Shown here in pieces: positions 54,486-64,000 of a DNA stretch of 64,000 nt. This stretch comes from a virus (Duplodnaviria; Heunggongvirae; Uroviricota; Caudoviricetes). Positions within the stretch are counted from its first letter, which is position 1. Every line of letters starts with the position of its first letter. The DNA is taken from positions 1-64,000 of IMG/VR virus record IMGVR_UViG_3300015608_002795; one strand, given 5' to 3'. The position numbers and the translations under genes were made by a program. Under the pieces are notes generated by a model. That model did not search any database, was not told the DNA's origin, and was given only the letters and a program-made list of their open reading frames with translations.

Positions 54486-55482
54486 TATATGGTTTCTCAT
54501 GCCATCAACTGATGCTCCAACTGGTGGTATAAATAACTGCTATAGATTATGTCAAATAGCAGACGAATTGGGGATAAAAGCAAGGGTATTAAGTGAATAT
54601 CCATATGATTTTTGTGATCCAACTGATCTAATAAAGTATTGGGTAGAAATACCAAATGTTGGATTTAGATATGATAAGTATAATCTACCTTGTATTCAAG
54701 AAGGTGATATCGTCGTTTTACCTGAAATTTACGGATGGAGACCACACTTTGATGTTCCTGTTAGAAGAGTTACATATTTACAAAACTGGGCTCTAATGAG
54801 TGAACACTCTTGGGAAAATCACTATTGGACATATAACAATTGGACACATTTATCATATTGTATAGAGGCAGCTCATTATGAGAGATATCAACATCGAACA
54901 AGATTACCAATTGATAGACCAGTAGATTGGCCAGATACTGCTATGATGGTGGGAAAGAAAAAATTAAAATGGACATCCGTTACACCTTATTTCGACTTTG
55001 AAAATTATTCAACCGGGATCAATGACCCAAATAAAATATTAATGCTGCCTAGAAAAATGGGTAATACAATGGATATTTTTAAAAAGGCGTTTGGTGATAA
55101 ACTTGTGGTAGTAGATAATGTAACACCAAAAGAACTACGAGATATCTACAAGGATGTAGGCACTCTTATTATACCTTCTCCAGCTGAAGGATTATCATTT
55201 CCTATGGTGGAAGCCTTGTTATCCGGATGTTGTGTTGTATCTTGGGAATGTGGAGCACCTGAGGAATATCTAATTCATGGAGTTACATCTATGATGGCTG
55301 AGTTCGGTGATATACATGGATTAATAAATCACACTAAATATTTAGTTAGTAATCCGGATGAAATGAAAAAAATGTCGGAACAAGGAAGAAACTTAGTAAC
55401 CAAATTATATACAAAAGAAAAGACAAAGAATGAAATGTATATTGCTTATTATTCATCATTAAAAATCAATCCAGAGTTATGA
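54475..55482 (+). CDS. glycosyltransferase, GT1-like (GT-B)
   Basis: C-terminal 'PSPAEGLSFPMVEALLSGCCVVS' fits the GT4/GT1 'EGFGLxxxEAMAxGxPVI' nucleotide-sugar binding motif. Confidence 0.55.
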   Translation: MKANIWFLMPSTDAPTGGINNCYRLCQIADELGIKARVLSEYPYDFCDPTDLIKYWVEIPNVGFRYDKYNLPCIQEGDIVVLPEIYGWRPHFDVPVRRVTYLQNWALMSEHSWENHYWTYNNWTHLSYCIEAAHYERYQHRTRLPIDRPVDWPDTAMMVGKKKLKWTSVTPYFDFENYSTGINDPNKILMLPRKMGNTMDIFKKAFGDKLVVVDNVTPKELRDIYKDVGTLIIPSPAEGLSFPMVEALLSGCCVVSWECGAPEEYLIHGVTSMMAEFGDIHGLINHTKYLVSNPDEMKKMSEQGRNLVTKLYTKEKTKNEMYIAYYSSLKINPEL

Positions 55483-56195
55483 TAGGAGAATTTAGAAATA
55501 GCCAAATGATAAATGATTATGTGGAGTTTAGTGGTGAGAACATGACTAACTTAGTCAATAAACTATCAAATTATCAATTGATAAACAAAACCGAGTTTCA
55601 TAAATATCAGAATAGTTTTGACTTTTATGAGGAATCTGATACATATATTTATGACCTATTATCCAATAATACAAGTAAAGATAAATTAATTAGTAAGATT
55701 AATTTATTTTCACCATTCTTATTTAAGACAGTTATTAATCCAAATTATAAATCATTTTTAGAATTTGGTGGTGGATTAGGATTATTCTGTGAGATTATTA
55801 AAATGATGAGGCCAGATATGTCAGTTAATTACGCAGATATAAAATCAAAAATATCAGATTTTGCTAAATGGCGATTTGAAAAAAGAAATATTGATGTTAA
55901 TCAAATAATCATACCACAAAATGATTTTGAATTTCCTCAAAAATATGATGTTATTTTTACAGATGCTGTAATAGAACATTTAGAAGAAGAACAACAAGTA
56001 AGGTATATGCAAAAATTAGCATCTTATGTAAGTAACAATGGGGTTTTAATACCACTTATTGATCTTACCGGAAAGGAAGAAATTATGCCAATGCATAATG
56101 ATGTTAATATTATAAATTTACATAACGTTTTAGAAAATTCTGGAATGTATTGTTTATATGGAAAAAATACTTTTTCATCAATATGGAAAAAATAA
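55479..56195 (+). CDS. SAM-dependent methyltransferase-like protein (paralogue of 50250-50957)
   Basis: 'FLEFGGGLGLFC' motif I; C-terminus 'CLYGKNTFSSIWKK' nearly identical to the paralogue. Confidence 0.5.
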   Translation: MIGEFRNSQMINDYVEFSGENMTNLVNKLSNYQLINKTEFHKYQNSFDFYEESDTYIYDLLSNNTSKDKLISKINLFSPFLFKTVINPNYKSFLEFGGGLGLFCEIIKMMRPDMSVNYADIKSKISDFAKWRFEKRNIDVNQIIIPQNDFEFPQKYDVIFTDAVIEHLEEEQQVRYMQKLASYVSNNGVLIPLIDLTGKEEIMPMHNDVNIINLHNVLENSGMYCLYGKNTFSSIWKK

Positions 56196-56202
56196 AAATA
56201 AT

Positions 56203-56922
56203 ATGAGAGAACAATTAATAAGAGTATTTACCGATACAGTAAGTCATATAGAAAATGGAGAGTATAATAAAGATCTTCATTGTAGTAAGAATAGATTGAG
56301 TTCAATTGAATTGGATTCCGATATAATAAAGAAACCAGGAATTATCACAGTTGAGAATCTTGATTGTATTGAGGTTGCGAGTCGCCTATCAAAAGAAGGA
56401 AAGACATGTATGCTTAATATGGCATCTTATAAGAAGCCGGGTGGTGGAGTTAAAAGTGGAGCAATGGCTCAAGAAGAAGAATTGGCTAGAAGGTCTAATT
56501 TAATGTATGGATTACCACAAGAATTTTATCCATTAAGTATTGATGAATATATTTATACACAAGATGTTACCTTTTTCAAAAATAAATATTATCAGGTAAT
56601 ACCATCATTTGATTGTGATATTATTACAATTGCTGCTATTAATAGAAGTGAATCAACACCAGCTAACTATGAGGAAATCATGGAAGAAAAAATATCTAAT
56701 ATGCTATACATACCATATAAAAATGGATGTAAGAATTTAGTACTTAGTGCATTTGGATGTGGAGTGTTTAAAAATGATCCACACTTTGTATCTGAGTTAT
56801 TTAAGAGTCTTTTGGATAGTGGGTTTTCTTCACTTTATAGTAGAGTATCATTCGCTATATTAAATGATAGAAACTCGGTTGGTAGTAATTATCAAATTTT
56901 TAAAGAAACATTATTGAATTAA
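56203..56922 (+). CDS. DUF2263/bacterial-type poly(ADP-ribose) glycohydrolase-like macrodomain protein
   Basis: 'MASYKKPGGGVKSGAMAQEEELARRS' matches the PARG signature GGG-x6-8-QEE. Confidence 0.6.
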   Translation: MREQLIRVFTDTVSHIENGEYNKDLHCSKNRLSSIELDSDIIKKPGIITVENLDCIEVASRLSKEGKTCMLNMASYKKPGGGVKSGAMAQEEELARRSNLMYGLPQEFYPLSIDEYIYTQDVTFFKNKYYQVIPSFDCDIITIAAINRSESTPANYEEIMEEKISNMLYIPYKNGCKNLVLSAFGCGVFKNDPHFVSELFKSLLDSGFSSLYSRVSFAILNDRNSVGSNYQIFKETLLN

Positions 56923-57069
56923 TCAAATCCCTTATATTAAAGGTAAATATAAACAATTGAATATCAATAAAATTATAAACAAATCAAGCCCTGCTTGAAA
57001 AAAATCTTAAATTTTTTAAAACCTTTGATTTTTCAAGCATATAATACTTAAACAATAAAAACAAATATT

Positions 57070-57345
57070 ATGAACAAATCAGATTTAATTAATCAAGTAG
57101 CATCATCCACTGGCCTAACAAAAACTAAAGCTGGTGAAGTTATTGACTCTATCACAGAATCAATGAAAACAGCATTATCTAATGGTGATAAAGTAACTCT
57201 TGTTGGATTCGGATCATTTTCCGCATCAAAGCGTAAAGCTCGCAAGGGTCGTAATCCAAAAACAGGTCAAGTTATTTCTATCCCTGAAAAAGTGGTTGTT
57301 AAGTTTAAATCAGGTTCTTACTTATCCGAATCTGTAAATGCTTAA
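57070..57345 (+). CDS. hup: HU/IHF-family DNA-binding protein
   Basis: 'MNKSDLINQVA..GLTKTKAGEVID..VTLVGFGSFSASKRKARKGRNPKTGQVISIPEKVVVKFKSG' HU fold with beta-arm RNP motif; 91 aa. Confidence 0.85.
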   Translation: MNKSDLINQVASSTGLTKTKAGEVIDSITESMKTALSNGDKVTLVGFGSFSASKRKARKGRNPKTGQVISIPEKVVVKFKSGSYLSESVNA

Positions 57346-57365
57346 TTTTTCTTAGAAAACTATAA

Positions 57366-57403
57366 AAAAGTCGGTTAATTTTATTTTTAACCGACTTTTT
57401 TAT
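57366..57403 (+). terminator. intrinsic terminator
   Basis: AAAAGTCGGTTAA..TTAACCGACTTTTTTA after the HU-like gene stop. Confidence 0.6.
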
Positions 57404-57447
57404 TTAAGTATCAATTTAATTACTTAATTTTGTAAAAACATCTAAGA

Positions 57448-57954
57448 ATGAAATTAGAAATAGAAAAAAAATTCTTGCTAAAAGCGTTGCCTAATAAAAA
57501 ATATGATGATAAGTATTTAATTGACCAATATTATTGGAAAAATAAAAGTAATATATGGGAAAGAGCAAGAACATATCATTCTGAAATAAGCGGAGATAGT
57601 TATATACATACAATTAAAAAATCTGTCTCCAAAAGTGTAAATATCGAAGATGAGAAAGAACTTACAAAAGATGAATTTGAGATATTTAGAAATAAATGTA
57701 TTAGGGATCCAAATTCTAGATTTATATCTAAGGAACGATACATATATAAATATGGAGATCTAAAATGGGAGGTTGATAATTTTGATAATGGATATAGACT
57801 AATAGTTGCTGAAATAGAAATTCCTAAGAAGAGCTATCGAGTAGTTATACCAGATTATATTTCAGATGTCTTACTCATGGAAGTAACTGGTTTGAAACAA
57901 TTCAGTAATAGGAATTTATCTATTGCTATGAAAGAAGTTAATAAAATACAATAA
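57448..57954 (+). CDS. CYTH-domain (triphosphate tunnel metalloenzyme) protein
   Basis: N-terminal 'MKLEIEKKFLLKALP' is the CYTH 'ExExK' signature; acidic strands downstream. Confidence 0.55.
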   Translation: MKLEIEKKFLLKALPNKKYDDKYLIDQYYWKNKSNIWERARTYHSEISGDSYIHTIKKSVSKSVNIEDEKELTKDEFEIFRNKCIRDPNSRFISKERYIYKYGDLKWEVDNFDNGYRLIVAEIEIPKKSYRVVIPDYISDVLLMEVTGLKQFSNRNLSIAMKEVNKIQ

Positions 57955-57959
57955 ATAAT

Positions 57960-58463
57960 ATGGAAAAATTAGAATTGAGAATGTATGGACTCGTTCCATA
58001 TAATATAAGTCCGATTCAACAAGGTATTCAATTTGGACATGCTGTAGTTGAATATGGGCTAGAATATCACTCTTCACCAATATACCAAGATTGGGCCAAA
58101 AATTGGAAAACATTTATTATATTAAATGGAACTACTACTAATTTAAATCCGGATAGATTAGGTGGTTTAAATAGGCATCTACAGAATTTAAGAGATGCAG
58201 GTGTTTATGTATCTACCTTTCATGAGCCTGATTTAGGAGACCAACTAACAGCATTTGTTTTTATCGTTGATGAAAGGGTATTTAATAGAGAAAAGTATCC
58301 AGATTATAACGGAAATGATCCTGATTTTTTAGACACATCATTGGCTGATGAAAAGTCAGATTATGATGAGTGGAAATTACAATTTAATGATACCGAAGAA
58401 AATATAAATAGGATTCTATTCTTACGTGATTACCTTCATCCTAAGAACATACGAATGGCATAG
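57960..58463 (+). CDS. hypothetical protein (167 aa)
   Basis: intact ORF. Confidence 0.45.
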   Translation: MEKLELRMYGLVPYNISPIQQGIQFGHAVVEYGLEYHSSPIYQDWAKNWKTFIILNGTTTNLNPDRLGGLNRHLQNLRDAGVYVSTFHEPDLGDQLTAFVFIVDERVFNREKYPDYNGNDPDFLDTSLADEKSDYDEWKLQFNDTEENINRILFLRDYLHPKNIRMA

Positions 58464-58514
58464 AACTTTAGAGTAATAAATAAATATAAATAAAAACTAA
58501 TAAAACTAAAAACA

Positions 58515-60632
58515 ATGGATAAATACTTTGAAAAAGAAACACCTGAAGAATTGAAAAAAATCAATGAAGTAAAAATGTCAATTGATGAAGACGATGATGA
58601 TGAGGGTGATAGTAAGTTTAAAGGTGGTAAAAAAAGTGCTGATCCTAAATCAAAGACACCAGTACTTGATACTTTTAGTAGAGACTTAACAAGACAAGCT
58701 CAAGATGGAAAAATTGATCCAATCGTTGGCCGCGAAAAAGAAATTGAAAGAGTCTCACAGATTTTATCAAGAAGAAAGAAAAATAATCCAATACTAATTG
58801 GAGAGCCGGGAGTGGGTAAATCAGCAATTGCTGAAGGACTTGCTTTGAGAATCGGACAAAAGAAAGTTTCCCGTGTTCTCTATAATAAAAGAATTGTGAT
58901 GTTAGACCTAGCTTCTATGGTTGCTGGTACTAAATATCGTGGACAATTCGAGGAAAGGATGAAGGCGCTTATGGCTGAACTGGAAAAAAACCCGGACGTT
59001 ATTCTTTTCATTGATGAAATACACACTATTATTGGTGCGGGTGGAGCATCTGGATCTTTAGATGCCTCTAATATGTTTAAACCAGCACTTGCTCGAGGCG
59101 AAATTCAAATTATCGGCGCTACAACACTTGATGAATATAGAAAGCATATTGAGAAAGATGGAGCTTTAGAAAGAAGATTTCAAAAGGTGGTGGTAGAGCC
59201 TGCTTCGGAAGAAGAAACTTTACAAATTATACAAAATATTAAAGATAAATATGAATCACATCATAACGTAGAATATAGTCTTGAGGCAGTACAAGCTTGT
59301 GTAACACTAACCTCTCGTTATATGACGGATCGATTTCTTCCAGATAAGGCAATTGATGCTTTAGATGAAGCCGGAGCAAGAGTGCATATTTCAAACATTA
59401 TAGTTCCTAAAGAAATTACTGACATTGAATCTAAAATGCTCGAGGTTAAGGAAAAGAAGAATGAGGTAGTTAGAAGTCAACGATATGAAGAGGCTGCTAA
59501 ATTGAGAGATGTTGAAAAACAACTTACAACTAATCTTGAAGAAGCTAGGAGAAAATGGGAAGAAGACCAAAAAAATCACAAACAATTAGTTAGTGAGGAT
59601 AATGTTGCTGAAGTTGTTTCGATGATAAGTGGTATTCCTTTACAAAAAATTAACCAGAAGGAAAATGATAGACTTTCTAAAATGGGATCTGTTCTTACTG
59701 GAAAGGTAATTGGTCAAGATGATGCTGTTTCAAAAGTTGTAAAAGCGATTCAAAGAAGTCGAATTGGATTAAAAGATCCAAATAAACCAATTGGAACCTT
59801 CTTATTCTTAGGTCCGACCGGCGTGGGAAAAACCCAATTAGCTAAGATATTGGCAATATATATGTTTGATTCAGAAGATTCTTTAATTAGAATTGATATG
59901 AGTGAATACATGGAGAAATTTACTGTATCTCGACTGGTAGGAGCTCCTCCAGGATATATTGGTCATGATGAAGGTGGTCAACTAACTGAAAAAATCAGAA
60001 GGAAACCTTATTCAGTAGTCTTATTAGATGAAATTGAAAAAGCACATCCTGATGTATTCAACATCTTACTTCAGGTATTGGACGATGGACAATTGACAGA
60101 TTCGATGGGTCGAAAGGTAAGCTTTAAAAATACTGTCATTATTATGACATCAAATACTGGTTCAAGACAGTTAAAAGACTTTGGAACAGGTATGGGATTT
60201 CTAACTAAAAGTAGAGAAAACAAAGGTGATGAAGAATCTAAAGCAGTTATTGAAAAGCAATTAAAGAAAACATTTGCTCCTGAATTCCTCAATCGTATTG
60301 ATGATATTGTCACATTTAATTCTTTAACAAAAGATAATATTAATAAAATTATTGATATTGAGTTAGAGGGTCTTATTACAAGAGTACAGGGTCTCGAATA
60401 TGAGCTTGAATTAACAAGTGATCTTAGAGACTACATTGTTGATAAAGGATTTGATATTGATTATGGAGCAAGACCTTTAAAGCGAGCTATCCAAAAATAC
60501 ATTGAGGATACTCTAACAGAGGAAATCATATCTAATAATCCAGAAAAGGGAATTAAACTGGTTATGGATTATGATAAAGATGCTGATAAAGTGATTTTCA
60601 AGGAAGAAAAAAAGAAGGCTAAGAAGAAATAA
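58515..60632 (+). CDS. ClpC/ClpA-like two-AAA+ Clp ATPase lacking the N-terminal Clp_N domain
   Basis: Walker A '[15 protein letters not shown]' (D1) and '[12 protein letters not shown]' (D2); UVR-like coiled-coil '[18 protein letters not shown]'; ClpB/C signature '[15 protein letters not shown]'. Confidence 0.85.
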   Translation: MDKYFEKETPEELKKINEVKMSIDEDDDDEGDSKFKGGKKSADPKSKTPVLDTFSRDLTRQAQDGKIDPIVGREKEIERVSQILSRRKKNNPILIGEPGVGKSAIAEGLALRIGQKKVSRVLYNKRIVMLDLASMVAGTKYRGQFEERMKALMAELEKNPDVILFIDEIHTIIGAGGASGSLDASNMFKPALARGEIQIIGATTLDEYRKHIEKDGALERRFQKVVVEPASEEETLQIIQNIKDKYESHHNVEYSLEAVQACVTLTSRYMTDRFLPDKAIDALDEAGARVHISNIIVPKEITDIESKMLEVKEKKNEVVRSQRYEEAAKLRDVEKQLTTNLEEARRKWEEDQKNHKQLVSEDNVAEVVSMISGIPLQKINQKENDRLSKMGSVLTGKVIGQDDAVSKVVKAIQRSRIGLKDPNKPIGTFLFLGPTGVGKTQLAKILAIYMFDSEDSLIRIDMSEYMEKFTVSRLVGAPPGYIGHDEGGQLTEKIRRKPYSVVLLDEIEKAHPDVFNILLQVLDDGQLTDSMGRKVSFKNTVIIMTSNTGSRQLKDFGTGMGFLTKSRENKGDEESKAVIEKQLKKTFAPEFLNRIDDIVTFNSLTKDNINKIIDIELEGLITRVQGLEYELELTSDLRDYIVDKGFDIDYGARPLKRAIQKYIEDTLTEEIISNNPEKGIKLVMDYDKDADKVIFKEEKKKAKKK

Positions 60633-60656
60633 TATTGGTATTAAATCAGTAATAGA

Positions 60657-60692
60657 AAAAGAGAAAGTTAAACTTTCTCTTTTTTTGTTTTA
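60657..60692 (+). terminator. intrinsic terminator
   Basis: AAAAGAGAAAGTTAAACTTTCTCTTTTT + TTGTTTTATA after the Clp gene. Confidence 0.6.
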
Positions 60693-60713
60693 TAAACATA
60701 AAAGAGTATCTAT

Positions 60714-61439
60714 ATGAATAGATTTGTATTTATAATACCATTCCGAAATGTAAAAGAGTTTATTAAACAATGTTATGAGTCACTATTGGCTCAAAATAAT
60801 CAAAATTGGATAGCTATATTCTGTGATGATGTGTCTGATGATGGAACCTTAGATGACCTACCAAATGAACCCAGATTCGTTATAAAACGAACTTCTGAGA
60901 GAATAACCGCATTACCAAATATACATTATGGAATAATGGAAAGCAATTTAAATGATGATGATATCATCTGTATTTTAGACGGGGATGATTTCTTATTTAG
61001 AAAAGATGCTATTGATATTATTGATAAATTATATAATGATAACACACTATTAACATATGGTCAATATGCTTGGCCAAATGGATCACCTGGACACTGCATT
61101 GAATATAACCCAACATCATTTGCTAGTCTTAGAAGAGGTGGATATTGGGCATCACATTTAAGAACATTCAAGTATAAACTTTATAAGCAATTATTAGTGG
61201 AAGATCCTAATCTTGATTGCTATAAAGATGCAAATGGAGAATTCTATAAAACTTGTTATGATATAGCTATCATGACACCACTAATGGAAATGGCTGGACT
61301 AGAAAACATTAAATTTAATAATATACCAATTTATTACTATAGACTACACCCCAACAATGACCATTCTTTATATGGAAAATTACAAAAAGATACCGAAAAA
61401 GAGATATTCAATAAGAAACCTTTTAAAAGGGTTTTTTAA
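60714..61439 (+). CDS. glycosyltransferase family 2-like
   Basis: 'FVFIIPFRNVKEFIKQCYESLLAQ..IAIFCDDVSDDGT' GT-A N-terminal DxD-region. Confidence 0.6.
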   Translation: MNRFVFIIPFRNVKEFIKQCYESLLAQNNQNWIAIFCDDVSDDGTLDDLPNEPRFVIKRTSERITALPNIHYGIMESNLNDDDIICILDGDDFLFRKDAIDIIDKLYNDNTLLTYGQYAWPNGSPGHCIEYNPTSFASLRRGGYWASHLRTFKYKLYKQLLVEDPNLDCYKDANGEFYKTCYDIAIMTPLMEMAGLENIKFNNIPIYYYRLHPNNDHSLYGKLQKDTEKEIFNKKPFKRVF

Positions 61440-61455
61440 GAAAAAAAAAGTTAGT

Positions 61456-63067
61456 ATGAAAATAGGGGTTGTTTTTTATCATAAAAATATATCACAATTA
61501 TATCCAAAGAGATGGATAGAGGAGTGTGTTAAGTCTATCTTAGGACAGACTCATCAAGATTTTGCCATATACGAATTGAATTATGGTGATGATAATTTTA
61601 GACTACATAAGGAATTCGAAATAGATAAAGAATATCATTATTATAAAAATCCATTTGATAATCATGCACAAGCCATGAACTTCATTTTAAATAAAGCAAT
61701 TGAAGATGGTTGTGACGCCGTGTTTAATACAAATATGGATGATAACTATAGTTTGAATAGATTTGAAATACAACTTGAGTACATTAATAAAGGATATGAT
61801 ATAATTAGTTCTAACTTTGTTTATATAGATGAAAATAGTGTAGAGATTAGGGAAATGGATTTTTCCAAAATTGATATCGCAGAAAATTTAGAAAAAGATC
61901 ATAATGTAATAGCTCACCCATCTGTTTGTTATTCAAAAAAGTTCTTAGAAGAAAATTTATATATCCCAGAAGAAATTCCAAGAGAGGATTTACTATTATG
62001 GAAAAGAACTGTTAATGATTATAGGTTTCATATATGTGATAAAATTTTACTAAATTATAGAATACACAAAGATCAGGTTTCAAGAAAGAGAGAAGAAGAG
62101 ATATCTGAAACTGATTCTATAATAGAGGTCAAAGAAGCTAGAAAAAAATCAAAAAAACATTCTAAAAAAGTTGGTTTGCTTTTGATTGCTACAAATAAAT
62201 ATATCGAATTCTTAGATGAATTGATATCTACAGCAGATGAATATTTCTTAAAGAATCAAGAAGTCACATATTTTGTTTTTACCAATGAAAAAATAAATTT
62301 GAATACAGATAGAAAGGTGGTTAGGATAGAAACAGAACACAAAAAGTGGCCTTGGATGACTCTAGGAAGATATGAGATATTCCAAAATTCTTCAGATATA
62401 TTATCATCAATGGACTATTTATACTATTGTGATGTTGATATGAGGTTTGTATCAGAAGTAGGTGATGAAGTGTTAGGCGATCTTGTTGGAACTTTACATC
62501 CGGGATATTGGAACAGAGAAGACGGATCCGGAACACCCGAAAGAAATTCCAAATCATTAGCTTATATTCCGGTTGGATCAAAAAATAAATATTATGCTGG
62601 GGGATTTAATGGGGGTACATATAAAAGATTTATGAAAATGTGTTTTAGGCTAGATCATAACATAGAAACAGATCATAGAAACAATATAATAGCAATTTGG
62701 CATGATGAGTCACATTTAAATAAATATTTATTTGAAAACCCACCTACAATATCACTAGATCCAGGATATTGTTATCCAGAGGATAACAAAGCCTTTTTTC
62801 AAGGAAATTCAGATGTTCCATTTAAAGCTAAGTTAATAGCACTCAATAAAGATCACAATCTATATAGAGATATAACAGATAAAAAAGTCGAAAAAAATTT
62901 AGTAGTTCCTACTCAGGAATTTGAAGAAGCACTTAGGATACAAGAAGAAAGAGATAGAATGGAAAAATGGCTGAAATGGAAAAGATCCGAACCAACTTGT
63001 TCAAAATGTGGTGAAAGAAAAGATCCGAAAAGATTTAACTCATGTCCAAAGTGTGGACAGTTTTATT

Positions 63068-63069
<2 letters not shown>
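61456..63069 (+). CDS. fusion glycosyltransferase: N-terminal GT2-like domain + GT6 (ABO/alpha-1,3-Gal-transferase-like) domain + C-terminal zinc ribbon
   Basis: N-terminus 'IGVVFYHKNISQLYPKRWIEECVKSILGQTHQDF'; GT6 motifs 'YFVFTNEK', 'YCDVDMRF', 'GTLHPGYW', 'AIWHDESHLNKYL' (near-identical to the ABO transferase 'WHDESHLNKYLL'); 'CSKCGERKDPKRFNSCPKCGQ'. Confidence 0.75.

Positions 63070-64000
<931 letters not shown>

Overview
This window is AT-rich (roughly 30% GC), coding-dense and almost entirely plus-strand. I read it as a Bacteroidota-infecting jumbo-phage segment, not a cellular chromosome. Four observations support that reading.

1. Nearly every gene start has the same upstream motif, 'TTTG(G)TGG' followed ~20 nt later by 'TAnnTTTG'. 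This matches the established Bacteroidetes sigma-A -33/-7 promoter consensus.
2. Gene ends carry canonical hairpin-plus-T-run terminators, often followed by 'GTTTTATA'.
3. There is an exceptional tRNA super-array of about 55 tRNA or tRNA-like genes in eight clusters. Many are hand-foldable as canonical tRNAs, including Lys, Arg, Ser, Met, Tyr, Glu, Gly, Leu, Asn, Ile, Val, Thr, Asp, Pro and Gln, with heavy duplication. A large minority are structurally aberrant. Some have long class-II variable arms on Lys, Glu, Asn, Cys, Val, Thr, Asp or Gln anticodons. Others have 6-nt or mismatched anticodon loops, no D-arm, internal truncation or insertion, or are reduced to acceptor/T-arm minihelices.
4. 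The array is interleaved with about 17 homing-endonuclease genes (GIY-YIG, LAGLIDADG, many HNH, DUF559-like). Several lie next to tRNA fragments, and two have their helix-turn-helix and nuclease halves in different frames.

The other gene content falls into these groups:

- **Truncated aminoacyl-tRNA-synthetase-like genes.** A short TrpRS-like protein whose HIGH motif reads TIGN, an AlaRS catalytic domain only, an ArgRS-like catalytic core, and a frameshifted class-II core.
- **A dispersed RNA-repair kit.** Three KxDG ligase-like proteins, a P-loop kinase, a calcineurin-type phosphoesterase, and CYTH and HD domain proteins.
- **An NAD/ADP-ribose module.** An NMNAT-like protein, a Nudix hydrolase, a PARG-like DUF2263 macrodomain and a PRTase-fold protein.
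- **Host-like auxiliary genes.** DHFR, HU, a ClpC-like ATPase, an SPFH/flotillin protein, a TonB-dependent-receptor-like outer-membrane protein, a secreted non-specific nuclease, a C39-like peptidase and a radical SAM enzyme.
- **A terminal glycan-modification cluster.** GT1, GT2, a GT2-GT6 (ABO-blood-group-type) fusion and an RfbH-like dehydrase.

My central hypothesis is that the phage carries an engineered, partly non-canonical tRNA/aaRS/RNA-repair translation module. All tRNA folds were done by hand and need confirmation with tRNAscan-SE or ARAGORN.
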